This document shows, one piece after another, positions 47,302 to 60,919 of a stretch of DNA of 64,000 nt (the first letter of the stretch is position 1; every line of letters starts with the position of its first letter). The DNA comes from the human T2T-CHM13v2.0 reference genome, Homo sapiens. A program made the translations under genes and the position numbers. The notes under the pieces are model-generated. The model saw only the letters and a list, made by a program, of their open reading frames with translations, ran no database searches and was not told the DNA's origin. The stretch is from NCBI RefSeq assembly GCF_009914755.1, contig NC_060934.1; one strand, given 5' to 3'.

Positions 47302-47689
47302 CATTACTAAACAGGCAAAGTAAGAAGGGCTAAAACTTAATAAAGAGCCTCAAGTTCTTTAATGAAGGAATCCAAGAATGCTTAAGTGCTTATACTTTTC
47401 TGAAGTCATTAATTATAGATTCGACATCTCTACCTTTTGGCCTGGGAACATAAGTTTAATAATAATGATGATAATGGTGATGACAATGGTAAAGAGTTAT
47501 TCAATATTCATTTCTGCCTTGCCTATCAAGAACTCATTTCATTGGCTATATGACAGAGGACTCATCAAAACTATATTGAACCTACAAAATGTTACTTAAC
47601 TGTCATCAGGTCAAAAACTTTCTGATTTTTCTTAGTGTTCTATATAATTCAGTCAGGTTGTAGGTTATATTTTATCATTCAACTATTTT

Positions 47690-49380
47690 TTAAACAAATG
47701 TTTACAGACATAATTGCAGATTCACATACATTTGTAAGATATAATATGGAGAAATTCCTTGTACACATTTCTGAGTTCCTCCAATACTGACATCTTGCAA
47801 AACTGTAGTATACTATCACAACCAGGTTACTGGCATTGACATAACACCAATTTTACTCAGTTTCCTAGTTTTACTTGAACTCGTGTGTGTGTGTGTGTGT
47901 GTATTAAGTTATATACAAGTTGTACACAATTGCATTCAAGATACTGAAATTCCAATACCACAGGAATCCCTAAGTTGCTTTTGTTATTTATAACCACACA
48001 CAATTTACTCCTACATTGCCTTCTCTCTAACCTCTGGCTCTCTGCTTTCCATTTCTAAAACACTATCATTTCAAAATATTATATAAATGGAACAGCAGAG
48101 TATGTAATCTTTGGAGGCTGCCTTTTTTCACTTGGCATAATCCCTCAGTGATTTGTCCAGATTGTTAATCTATAAATAGTTTGTTTTTATTCAGGAGTTA
48201 CATTCCACGGTAAGCAAGTACCACAATTTGTTTAACCATTCACCTGTTGAAAGGCCTTAGTGCTGGTTTCAGCTATTACAAATAAAGGTGCTATTTATAT
48301 AGATTCGTAAACAAGTTTTTGTGTAAACATAGTTTTCATTTCTCTCGGATAAATGCCCAGAGTGCAATTGGTAAATATTATGCAATTGGTAAATATTTGT
48401 CTTCGAATAGGTGTGTAGTGATAGCTCACTGTGGTTTTAATTCATACTTCTCCAGAAGTTAATGACGTTGAACATCTTTTCTGGTATTTATCATCTGTAG
48501 AGTCTCTTTGGTGGACTATCTGCCCATGTCTTTTGTCCATATTCTAATAGAACTGTTTGTATTTTACTCCTGAGTTTGAGACTTCTTTATATATTTTACA
48601 TAGTAGTACATTGCCTATGTGAAGAAAATGAACAGACTGGCTACAGACTGGATGAAAATATTTCACATGGCATAAGATTTTTAATTTAAATGGGGTAAAA
48701 TTTATCATTTTATTTTTTCTCTTATGAATCATTCTTTTGTTGTTTAATCTAAGACCTCTTTGCCTATCTCCAGGTCCTGAAGACATCTGCTATTTTTTTT
48801 TCTCTAGAAGTTTTATATTTTACTTTTCAGTCTATCATCTATTTTGAGTGAGGTTTTCTACAAAATAATGAGGTTTAGGTTGAGATTCATATTTTTTGCC
48901 TGTGGATGTTCAATTGCTCTAGTACCATTTGTTGAAAAAACCATTCTTCCTACATTGGAAAGTTTTTGCACCTTTGTCAAAAATCAATTGAGGATGTTTG
49001 TGTGAGTGTATTTCTAGGTTCTCTGTTTTCATCTGGGTTTTCAACCAATACCACATTGTCTTGATTACTGTAACTTAGATAAGTAAGCCTAGGTAAATAG
49101 TAAGGTAGAATTCTTCCTCCCATTTTATTCTTCTTTTCCAAGATTCTTTTAGCCATTGAAGGGTCTCTGCCTTCATATAAGTTGTGGAAAAAGTTGTCTA
49201 TGCCTACAAAAGACTTTGGAGAAAATTTGATAGGAATTGCATTAAACCTATCCATCATTTTGGGGAGAAGGGACATCTTTACTATGTTGAGTCTTCCAAT
49301 TCATAAATATAATTGTCTCTTTCATTTAGGTTTATGCCAGCATTTCATTATTTTTAGCACTCAGATCCTGCACATATTTG
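47690..49380 (-). mobile_element. Old L1 (L1MB/MC-like) 3'UTR and ORF2 fragment
   Basis: Reverse L1 ORF2 motifs (ORF 48977..49276, RFNAIPIK). Confidence 0.85.
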
Positions 49381-49659
49381 TTTGGGGCTTACTTGGCAAT
49401 GAGACCATTTCTATATCTACACTGATCCATCTGATCCTTACCAGGCACTTCCCATGGGAAAGAATGGACGATTGAGGGAGACAGAGCTTTCTCCTGTTTG
49501 GCCTCTTACACCACAGCAGAAAATGATGAAAGACAGGACTGTTACTTACATTTTGGCCTGTTGTTTTAATTAGCTGCTCCAACAATTGGCAGCTCAGTTC
49601 TCTCCAGCTCAGCTCAGTGCTTAATAAGATATTCTGTTACTGTTTTTTAGTTCAGTTTT

Positions 49660-52400
49660 AATATACTCAAAGAACACACTCTGTATTTCAATTCCTTGAC
49701 TTGGTTGAGGTTTTTCCATGTCTCAGGATATGATCTACCTTGGAATGTTACAAGAGTTCCTAAAAAATTGTGTATTCTGATGTTGCTGTGTGGTGTATTT
49801 TACATATATATATTTATACACACACACACACACACACATATATATACACACACACACACACATATATATGTCAATCAGATCCTATTAACTGATGGTTTTG
49901 TAGAGTTCTTCTATATCCTTGTCAATTATCTGTCTAGTTGTTCTATCAATTACTGAGAGGAGAGTGTTGAAGTCCTCAGCTATAACCGAAGATTTGTCTA
50001 CTTCTCTTCTTAGCTCTATCAGTTATTGCTTTATGTATTTTATGCCTCTGTTGTTTGGTGCATACACATTTAGGAGGATCATTATGTCTTCCTGGTGGAT
50101 TGATCCTTTTATCATTATGTAAGATTCCTCTTTTTCTGTTGTAATTTTCTGTACTCTAAAGTCTACTTCATCAGATATAAATATATCCACTCCTGCTTTT
50201 TTGGTTAACCTTTGCATGACATCCTTTTCCATCCTTTTACTTTTCATGTACCTACGTGGTTGAATTGGAAATCAGTTTATTATCACTTAGATCATGTTTT
50301 GGCTTGATAACCTGTATTGTGATTGGTCTAACTAAACTATTTACAATTATACTGATATATATCAGTTCTGTGTCTACATTTTATTATATAATTTCTGTTT
50401 ACTTTATCTGCTTTTTGGTCCTCTATTTCTCTTTTCTTGATATCTTGGGGATTCCATTTTGATTGATATTAGCGTTTTTCTGTACATTTCTTCACACAGT
50501 TTTGGTAGTGGTTGTTCTGTGTGTGACAATGTGCCTATGTGATTATAGTAGTCTACCACCATCCACATCTGACCACTTGTGGAAATGTGATTTCCATTTA
50601 GGTCCCCTTTCAACTTTTCCATATCATTATACTGAATAACAGAGGGCATTATAATTTCTTGTTTTATTAAATATGATTCACAAGCTTTATGGGGAAAAGG
50701 ATATTCTATTGTATGTATACATATTTTTGCTTTTTCCACTTTCCTTTTTCTTTTCTCATGCTCCACGGTTCTTTAATAATTTCATTTTTGTTTGAAGAAC
50801 TTCTGTTTGACCATCTTTAATGGTAGGTTTCCTAGTGATAATTTTGTTTAGTTTTCCTTCATATGAGAAGTTTTTATTTCCTCTTTACTCCTGAAAGATA
50901 GTTTTCCAGATATAAAATGTATGGTTGACAATTCCTTTGTTTCAGCACTTGAAGAATATATTGTCAATTCATTAGGGCCTCCATGGTTTCAGATGAGAAA
51001 TCTGCTTTTATTCTAACTGGTCTTCCTCTCTAGGTAATGTCCCAATTCTCTCTGACTGCTTTCAAGACTTTTTGTTTGCCTTCAGTGTTCAGAAGTTTAA
51101 TTAAGATATGTCTGAACTTACATTTCTTTGTGTTTATCTTGGTTTAGGTTCACTCAGCTTCTTGAACCTATAGGTGTGTCTCTTTTGCCAAATTTGGGAA
51201 AGTTTACAGCCACTAGTTCTTTGATTGTTCTTTCAGCTGCACTCTCTCCTCTCCCTTTGAGAGAATGTTGAATCTTTTGTTACTGTCCATGAGTCCCTAA
51301 GTCTGTGTTGATCTAGTTTGTTTGTTTTTTCAGTCTATTTTCTCTTTATTGTGCAGACTGGGTGAATTCTATTGTTCTATCTTCAAGTTCACTGATTCTA
51401 TTCTCTGTCATCTCCATGCTACCATTGAGCCTATTCAGCATGTTCTTTATTTATGTTAGTGTATTTTTCAGTTCTATAATTTCTATTTAGTTCTTTATTG
51501 TAACCATTGTTTTTTTGCTGATATTTTCTATTTGTTTCAAGAGAGCTCGTCAGTGATTGTTGAAGCATGTTAATGGAAACTACTTCAACATCCTTGTCAT
51601 ATATTTCAACATCTGATTTATCTCACTGTTGACATCACTTGATTCTTTTCTCTTTCAAGTTGTGATGTTCTTGATTCCTGATACAACGTGTTCTTTCTGA
51701 TTGTACCCAGGACATGTCATTTATTATGTTAGGGAACTTTGGGTCCTATTCAAATCTTTTATTTTAGCAGGCTGTCACCCTGTTTATGTTTACCACGTGG
51801 CCTTGCACATTTTGTGGGTTACAGTTCCAGTTGCTCTTCAATATTCAGAATCTGTGTGGTGGAATTCTGGTCTGCTTGGTTTACATTGGTGCTACCGGGG
51901 CTCTCACTGGTTCTTGCTGGTGCTACCTGAGGGACTCTGTGTGTTTCTCAGTTGAAAGCAAAGGGTATACTAATTTTCCCCTACCAATACCCCCGGGTAC
52001 CTCAATGTCTCTGGGTGGAAGAGGAGCATGTCTGGCCTGTGGGGACAAAGAGGCTTCCCAGACTGGCCCCTTTCTGTGACTGGGACCCATTTTTCCAGTC
52101 CCACCTACCCTGGTGTCTCTGGGTGGGTAAAGAGAATCTCAGCTTTACAGGTGTTAAGTGGCTTCCTGCGGGGGCTGCTTGCCGAAGCTGGGTCCCTTTA
52201 CTGGTTCCGTCCACCCACACAGCATTTCTTGGCAGAAACAAGCATCTCGGGCCCATTAGGAGAAGACGAGTGCTTCCCACGGCCACTTATTTTTGGCAGG
52301 GTTCCTAATACATCCCACTCGGCAGCAGCGTTGGGCTTGCCCGATGTTATCAGAGGGACCCCCATTCAATCCAGACAAGGAATGAGCCTAGGCCATTTTC
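49660..52400 (-). mobile_element. Old L1 (L1M) endonuclease/ORF1/5' region remnants, including a (TA)(CA) repeat at 49801-49869
   Basis: ORF 50023..50247 (KKAGV.I.ISD..DF...YIMIKGSIHQEDI..LNVYAPNNR) is an L1 endonuclease remnant. Confidence 0.8.
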
Positions 52401-53473
52401 CACATTCCAGTTTTACAACTGGAGCACTTGAAAGTTTTACTTAAGTCTGAATACTTGATATTGATTCATTTCATGAGAAGAGAGTTCATTTAGTTCATGG
52501 AAAAAGCCATTAAGAAAAGTGTATATTAAATGTATTTTATTATATGTATATATATATATATATATGTTATACACATATGAGATTTTCATTTAAACAGTAA
52601 GCATGGGTCAATGAGATATAAAACATCATTTGAGAGTTGATAGGAAGTAATAACACTGACAATAAAAGCCACTTTGACTCATCAAGTGACTTTAAATTCC
52701 AAGTACTTAGCACTACCTATGTTATTACATCGTATTATCTCCAATGCTTAAAACAGCCCCACTGAAGAAGGAATCATGCTCTTCATTCTACAGTTGAATA
52801 ACTTAAAGGCCAATTGTTTAAGTAGCTCAGAGAAGAACATGCAGGTGGTAGGTATGACAGACATGAATGGAGGGGCTAACGTGACCAGTGTTATTTCCAC
52901 TGGAAAGGCACAGTGGAAATAAGGCACTCTTTCTCTAAAAGTCACAGACTTTTAGAGATATAACTTGGAAGATGCAAAACAGTACAGATGAAATGAATTT
53001 CTAAGACAGTCATCATAGTCACAAGTCAGTGGAAAGTGACAAGCCACTGCCACACGAGCAGCATTTATAACTTTAGATTTTGAAAGAGCTTTGCTCTCCT
53101 GATGCCCCATTCCCATCATTTTTACATGGCTTTCTCACGGTTTTTTCAGACTGTGGGGTCTTAATGCCCAAGGTGAAGGCTGGCATTAGCTGCTCCTTCA
53201 ACGTTCCGTAATTTTTGTGGCATGCTTTAAATTTTGCCTGTGGTAGTGCCCTATATTATAAAGGGCATTTTTCCCTTTAGGATCTATTAGAAAAGTAAGA
53301 AAGAAAAGAAATTCTAGCTCCTAACAGTTGAGGTTTCTCACTTTCTCACTTTTCATCCAAGGAATCCAGGCAGCAAAATTTTCTTACTTTGAGCGACAAT
53401 GAATCATTTCTAGCTTAAACACTAATGTTCACAAAACCAACTTGGCTCCAATTAAATGAACAAGTGTACTAAC

Positions 53474-53661
53474 CTTCACGAAGCTATTCTGACATTGTCC
53501 ATCACCGCTGGGGATTAGGAAGTTGTTGTCAAAGCTGATCTCCAAGTGTTTACTTTTGTGAGTAATGGCCGTCCAGGAACATCTGCTGTTTTCGGGAAAA
53601 TTCTGAGGCCAGTGAGGGGATCTGATTGTACCATTATCAGAATGAAATATTCCACCACAAC
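53474..53661 (-). CDS. CUBN: CUBN exon (probably 54), 188 nt, N-terminal half of CUB21: [19 protein letters not shown]...GQCQNSFVK
   Basis: Acceptor ATATTTCAG|GT and donor AAG|GTTAGT; phase 1 to 0. Confidence 0.95.
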
Positions 53662-55102
53662 CTGAAATATTGCCATGTAAAAAGCCATCAATCAGCAAGG
53701 AAAGTAATTTTGGAAACTCAAGACTGCTACAGAAGGAACATTTCCAAATGTGAGATTTCAATTCATCATTTTTTACAAGTGATCATCTTCCAGTCAGGTG
53801 CACAGCAAGCTCTCTCCATAAATGGAAAGGTGAGTTAAATTGAGAGAAAATTTCAGCTGTTACAGTTGTGTTACAATGATATTGAATTCAACCAAGAACA
53901 CTAATCCGTGCCATAGAGAGGATAGATTTCCATCCTGTCTCCAAACAAGAGCTGTATTTTTATTCTCTTTGAGCCTATGTAGTATATGTAACCTGGCAAT
54001 GCTAAGTTCTGTATTTTATTACCATTCACACATGAGAATATTACTCTACACTCCATTTGCAACGTTACTCTAACTGGACTAGAGAAAGTGATTTTGAGTT
54101 GGGGAAAATTCTTTTATTAAGCAATCTGATTGATTCATATTGAAACTGACTGATGGATCAAAATTAATTATGTAGATTCAAAGGAAGAAAAATCTAGAAT
54201 TTTCATACAAAACAAAATGAAGTTAAAGAGGCATTCTCCGAATCTTTTGCTGTGAAACCCCTGGAAATCAGGGATTCACCTAAAACTCCCTTCTCACTTC
54301 AATAACAGCCAGTGGTTGTTAACCAGGGGAAGTCTGACTCAGTCAACAAAGAGCTTCATAATAACTGTGACTCTACCAGAAATAATTGTCTTGTGTGATA
54401 TACAAGATTTACAGAAATCCCTAATAAAGTATGTGATACAAGTCCTTGTATTTTCTGAGAATTTTCACAATGTTTATACTTTCTATGCACAAAAACTATT
54501 CTTTTAAAATGAAATCTGTCATATTTTGACTCAGGACCCATTCACTACAGCATTTGTTCTAAATTACAAATCTCATCTTGTCACCTTCGTTTTCAAAACT
54601 CTTCAACAGTTTCCCATTGTTCAAGGGATAACATATAAACCAAGGCTCTTTATGTTGTGGACTTATTTTCCTGCCCTCAGCTCACCACTCAGCATTCTGC
54701 TTTTAGGCTCCAGATATTTTCAAGCACTTGGGATTCCAACTCATGTTTCTATTACTTGAGATTCCCAGGTTGTGCCATACCCTTTTGCCGATGAAGGCAG
54801 CATCATGAAGTGTTGAGATCAAAGTTTCTGGACTGAATTGCCTTTATTCAAATCCCGACTCTACCAATTATCGGCTATGTATCTAGGCAAATGATCAACC
54901 CATGCTTCCTCAGTCTCTGCCCATGCAAAATAGAGATGCCAGGTATTGATATTGTGTTATCCCACCAGGGTTGCTGCATGAGATGACATGTGCAAATATT
55001 TAGAACTAAGCCTGATGTAAAGTAGGTACAAAATGTACATATTATGAGTTCATACTATACATCACTAAAAAGAAAATCAAATGGAGCAAACATTTCTTTT
55101 AC

Positions 55103-55328
55103 CTAAAGTTTGTGTGTTCCACGTAGCATAAAATCCACCACCTTGCAATGAATGGTCTGAGTTAAAAGTCACGACCAGCTGATTGGAACCTGACTGTATT
55201 GTCCTGGGGTTTGAATTTCCACAGTATTGTCCTATGATGGGTGATTCAGGGGACCCACCATTCCTGACAGTGACAGAGTCCCAAGCACAAGTTGTATGGG
55301 GTTCAATATCAAAGTCACTAAATGTGAG
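55103..55328 (-). CDS. CUBN: CUBN exon (probably 53), 226 nt, rest of CUB20: [75 protein letters not shown]
   Basis: Translated by hand (not in the ORF track); acceptor TTTTTCTCCTGCAG|CTC and donor TTAG|GTAAAA; phase 0 to 1 fits both neighbours. Confidence 0.95.
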
Positions 55329-55815
55329 CTGCAGGAGAAAAAAGAAAATGGTTGTCAGTGAGCTTTTATCAACTGTTACGAAGATAAGGCCCTTACAAAT
55401 CGTTTAATTTTGTTTTTATTTTTATAATTTGTATTTTTGTCTCTTATTTAATTCTCCCTTCCCCTCTACTTTTTTTTCCTTATTGAAGGTTCTCTTGGAA
55501 ATTTTGAGAAAAGACATTTCCCTGGTTTGGGATGGCAACACATATTAAGAAACTGAATACACTTCTCTCTAAGACGCAGAATTATCTTCTGTGTATATCT
55601 TTCCCTATGCTTAAAAAAGAGATTTCACTCTTCATGAATAATAAATGCCAATGTATGTGCTCTAGTGAGAAAATGTTAGGGAAAAACAGTGATCTCATTG
55701 TAGAATCAAAGCCTTCTCTAATCACTTGCTTAATAAAAGAGCTCCATTTTCATGCAGGACAGGCTATTGTGGTTCTATTGTCTCAGAAGCATTTCACCCA
55801 GTCATTAGCACTCAC

Positions 55816-55937
55816 AGTGATGGTGTGCCCTTGTGGGGCCTCCAACAGCCAAGAGCAGTGGGTCAGGCTGTCATAAGCATTTGGATAGTTGGGGCTTGTG
55901 ATCACTCCACTGTCACCTATCTGTATTCCGCCACAAT
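55816..55937 (-). CDS. CUBN: CUBN exon (probably 52), 122 nt, start of CUB20: [41 protein letters not shown]
   Basis: Acceptor CATTTCAG|AT and donor ACT|GTGAGT; phase 1 to 0. Confidence 0.95.
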
Positions 55938-56049
55938 CTGAAATGAGATTGGTAACCCTCTCAATAAAACAGAAGTAAAAAAAAGAACCGATAATGCCAA
56001 AGTAAGTAGTAATCATAACCATCAGATTTTGTGATTAAAAACATAGTAA

Positions 56050-56339
56050 GGCCAGGCATGGTGGCTCACGCCAGTAATACCAGCACTTTGGGAGGCCGAA
56101 GTGGGCAAATCACCCGAGGTCAGGAGCTCAAGACCAGCCTGGCCAACATGGTGAAACCCCATCTCAACTAAAAATACAAAAATTAGCTGGGCTTGGTGGC
56201 GTCTGCCTGTAATCCCAGGTATTCAGGAGGCTGAGGCAGGAGAATCGCTTGAATCAGAAGGTGGAGGCTGTAGTGAACCGAGGTCATGCCATTGCACTCC
56301 AGTCAGGGTGACAGAACAAGACTCTATCTCAAAAAAAAA
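56050..56339 (+). mobile_element. AluS
   Basis: Full-length Alu starting ~110 nt from the exon acceptor at 55937. Confidence 0.92.
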
Positions 56340-56401
56340 CCATATTATATATATACACCATATATAGTATATATATATATATATATACACACCATATATA
56401 G

Positions 56402-56443
<42 letters not shown>

Positions 56444-56884
56444 ATATATAGTATATATATATATACACCATATATAGTGTGTATATATATACACCATATA
56501 TAGTATATATATACACACACACCATATATAGTGTGTATATATATATATACACACACCATATATAGGGTATATATATACACACACACCATATATAGTATAT
56601 ATATATACACACACACACCATATATAGTATATATATACACACTATATATAGTATATATATATTTGTATATACTATATATAGTATATATATTTGTATATAT
56701 AGTATATATATTTATATATATAGTATATATATGTATATATATACTATATATATTTGTATATATAGTATATATATATTTGTATATATATAGTACATATATA
56801 TTTGTGTATATATAGTATATATATTTGTATATATATATTTTGTATTTTTTTGTGTATGTATATTTTATGTATATATATGTATAA
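56340..56884. repeat. Complex AT-rich minisatellite CCATATATAGTATATATATA(CA)n grading into TATATATAGTATATATATTTG units
   Basis: Directly visible. Confidence 0.95.
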
Positions 56885-57529
56885 AATAAATGAAATTAAA
56901 TAGAAGAAAAGTAAAATTGGGTAAAAGTTTAGGAATAACAAAATTCCATACGGTATTAGCATAGAAAATTGAAAATTGAAAAACAAATACATTTCTGAAG
57001 AATAATATGGTCTGATGTTCAATACAAATAATACTGTTTACTGAAACCTGACTCTTCTTTGAATCTGATGAAGGAAAATCAACTGGCAAGATGGTTGAGT
57101 GAGTAGATAATCAATTTCACTCCTTCTTCAACCAGCCATTTGGTTATAACACAAAGGAATGTTAGATAAAACCATAACTAAAACATATTTTGATTCATAG
57201 CAAACTCAATGGAAAGAAAAGCAGCTCCCCAAAATCTAGAAGCAGTAAGTGTACTCAAAGTGAGAGGAGTGAAAGTGAAAGAGTGAAGTCTGAGAGGGTA
57301 AAGAATGCAGGTTTGGGTCCCAGGGTTGGGCTCTGAGGTTTTGATGACTGGGTAGGAGGAGAAGATAGGGCTCTGGGTCTCCACAGAAGGCAGGACTGGA
57401 ATTGAGACTTTTACAAGAAGTTGGGAATCTAAACAAACTGGCATGCTCGTGAAAAGGGACTAGAAAACCTCCCATTGCCAAGGGAAGCAGTCAAGAGTAG
57501 GGCTGGGTTTTCCAGCACAAACTCTGAAT

Positions 57530-58420
57530 GTTGCATATGCAAATCCAACACAAAACACTAGCAAATAATACCCATTATATGTATAAAACACACATCATGA
57601 CAAAATAGGATTTATCCCAGAAATGCAAGGATGGTTTACCAAGAGAAATAAATCTTTCATATAATTCATCACATTAACTTATGAAAGGAGAAAAAGTTGA
57701 ATCATCTCAATGGATGCAGAAAATCATCTGATAAAATCCTATGCCCATTTACATTTAAAAAAAGCTTTTTCACACTAAGGATGGAAGGGACTTTCTTTAA
57801 CAAAAGATATTTATTGGAAACTTAAGAGCAACCAATATATTTAATAATAAAATGTCATAGTCACATCCAGGTCAGAAACAAGATGCTATCATTCCTTCTG
57901 TTCAATATTCTATGGTGGCCCTAGCTAGCAAAAGGATGCAAGAAAATGAAATTCTGTATTATGACTGAAAGCATAAAGAACTAACATTTGCAGAAGTTTA
58001 CACAGAATGATCAAAGAGAATCTATAGACAACATATTAAAACTAATAAGAGGATAGCTAGATCTTTGGACTAAAGTTACATGTATGCAAAATTATAAAAT
58101 TTATAATAATTATGCAAATTATAAAATAATTTTAAAATTATTAAATAATAATTATTATTAATAATTATTTATTATTATTAATTATTAAATAATTATTGGA
58201 TAATTTTAAAATTTAATAATTTTAAAATTATGCAGTTTATTATTGAATAATTTTAAAATTAAATAATAATTTTAAATTATGCAAATTATAAAATTTCTAG
58301 ATATCAGCCACAACCAATTAAAAAATGTAATTTAGAAAATCTCATTGATAATATTAACAAAACTAATAGCTATGTAGAAATAAATCTAACAAAATATATA
58401 TGAAATCTTTATGGAAAAAA
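57530..58420 (+). mobile_element. Very old L1 (L1ME-like) ORF2 remnant containing an AT-rich low-complexity block (58084-58296)
   Basis: GGATTTATCCCAGAAATGCAAGGATGGTT and TCTCAATGGATGCAGAAAA motifs. Confidence 0.75.
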
Positions 58421-58471
58421 ATCATTAATCTTTATAAGTAATTTTATCAAGATCTTAATTATAATTCTTAC

Positions 58472-58621
58472 CTGTAAAGGAATACTTTGCATGGAATCCA
58501 ATGTGTTCTACACGTTCGTTGGTGACAAAGTGAATCCATACCTGAGAATAAGGTATAACCAATGGCAATGTAGGCTTTGAAGGACCACAAAGTCTCCACA
58601 TCAGGGGCCCATCAGCATCAC
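58472..58621 (-). CDS. CUBN: CUBN exon (probably 51), 150 nt, C-terminal half of CUB19: [14 protein letters not shown]...[10 protein letters not shown]
   Basis: Acceptor TTTTGTTCAG|GT and donor ACAG|GTAAGA; phase 1-1. Confidence 0.95.
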
Positions 58622-60279
58622 CTGAACAAAACAATATACCAAGTGCCATCATTGATACAGCTTTTGAGAAATACATTCAATGAATTTGATAAAAACAAAT
58701 TTCAAGATATTCATTGACACACACTTAAATTCTGATTTAGTAGCAGACATTGCACAATATTTGTGTGTCTCTGTTAACTGCAACAGAAAGTCCCTCCAAG
58801 GGGGTAAAACAAACACAAAAAAATCAAAGCAATTTTGAAATGAACCTCTATGATGGACACCATTTTGTTCCAATTTGTGTTTTCATAGTTATTTCAGCAT
58901 ATCTAAACAGAGATACAATGAATTAAAATAGCACTTTTGGACACACCTTTTGTAGGGTGTAAGAAATATAATACCAACAGTGATAAAATATATCCTCAAG
59001 ATAAAGTGATCATTGCCTAAAATTTGAAAGATTTCTTCACTATATTCAATCAACTGAAATGGACTCCATATTCGGCATTCAGGCCAAGAGCTGTCAGATC
59101 TGAGCCTAATATTTTTCATGAAGATTACATTTCGTGGGTTTGATGAACATGTACAGAGCACCAACAGAGCTCTCATTTATCTGCTTTCTTTTTATTCTGT
59201 CAGATAAACATCACTGGTCTTCTAAATCAATGATTGATATATAGTATTTTAACTGCCTCTAAACCTGAGCAAATAAAGAGAAGACAGCATTTAGCTGACT
59301 GAAATTTGAGATACAGCTGTTCTGCTTAAGACCACAAGCCGGTGGTTTTGAAACAGGCAGAGGGGGTGAGGGTTTATCAGAATTCCATGGAGAACATTCT
59401 CAAACCACAACTTCCCTTTCCCTTATAAGCCTTTTTAGACTCTTCAGCCTCAGAGAGGTTGGAGGACTCTCTGGCTGAGGCCCTTGGCCCGTGGGTACAG
59501 GCTCTATCAAATTCTCCTTCCTGAAAATTCTGTCGCTCACGTTCTCAAAGGTAATTAACATTGACCTCTCAGTTTCCCAAGGACTTCTCCACCAACTAAC
59601 TGATGAGCTTCTGCTGCTTTCAGCCTCCTTTTCTTTAAATTTTGGGATTACACAGAACTCAGCAAAACTTTTACAGTATGGATGATTACGTACTATTTAC
59701 AATATTATTGTCTTCCTCTATCTACTTGTTTATTTACTGAGAAAAACGTGTCAGCATAATCATGGAAGCAACCTAATGAATAACCTACACCTTGACTATG
59801 GGAAAGAAAGAAAATTGATTCATCCTCTTTGAATACAGAGTTTTAAAAATTCTTAAGAGAATTATGGTTTATTGAGTACACCGCAATCCTTTTCCATCAC
59901 GAAAACCAAGACAAATGACTGCTTTGGGGTTATTTCCCCAAATAGCTTCCATGTGTTTCTCCATCTGGTATATTGCAAAACTTCTTTTAACTCCTAAGGC
60001 CTCAGGAGAATTTCACAGCCCCTTCATAAATCCTGGAAGTTCAGGAAACTGCCAACACATGCTGAGCATGCTAAGTCCCAGTCTCCTTGGAAAGGAGTCT
60101 TGATAGTAGTGGACTCTCGCTTCGGCAAAAGTCACATGCCGGGAAACGAAGTGACTGTAACACAGAGTCTAGTTGTACAGTGATCCGCCTCACTCACTGT
60201 TCCTGGGGTTCGTTTTCCTCAGCTGGGCACACACAGAATTATGGCTTCGAACAGAGTTCTTTTGGATCGTGTGTACCTA

Positions 60280-60664
<385 letters not shown>

Positions 60665-60712
60665 AAGAATATTGTAGATAAATGGGAGAACGCATTCTTA
60701 GATAGAACTCAC

Positions 60713-60919
60713 CCACTCGAAACTCGAGGACATCAAATTGACAGTCTTGGTGACTTTCTAGGTAAAAATCTTCAAAGTGAATGGAAATGGATGAATTTCC
60801 CTGATTTGGATTGCTGAGAGTCCATTCGCAGTTCAGGTTTCTTGAGTAATTCCTGACTCCGTCATAGCCAGGAGAAGTAAAGTTTCCTTCAGGAGTATTT
60901 GGAAGAGACCCACCACACA
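60713..60919 (-). CDS. CUBN: CUBN exon (probably 50), 207 nt, N-terminal half of CUB19: [19 protein letters not shown]...[10 protein letters not shown]
   Basis: Acceptor TTTTCTTAG|TG and donor GTGG|GTGAGT; phase 1-1. Confidence 0.95.

Noticed and set aside
51701-52444. Cluster of overlapping 60-140 aa ORFs in a more GC-rich patch
   Set aside because: Continuous with old L1 remnants (likely 5' region); no coherent protein or splice structure
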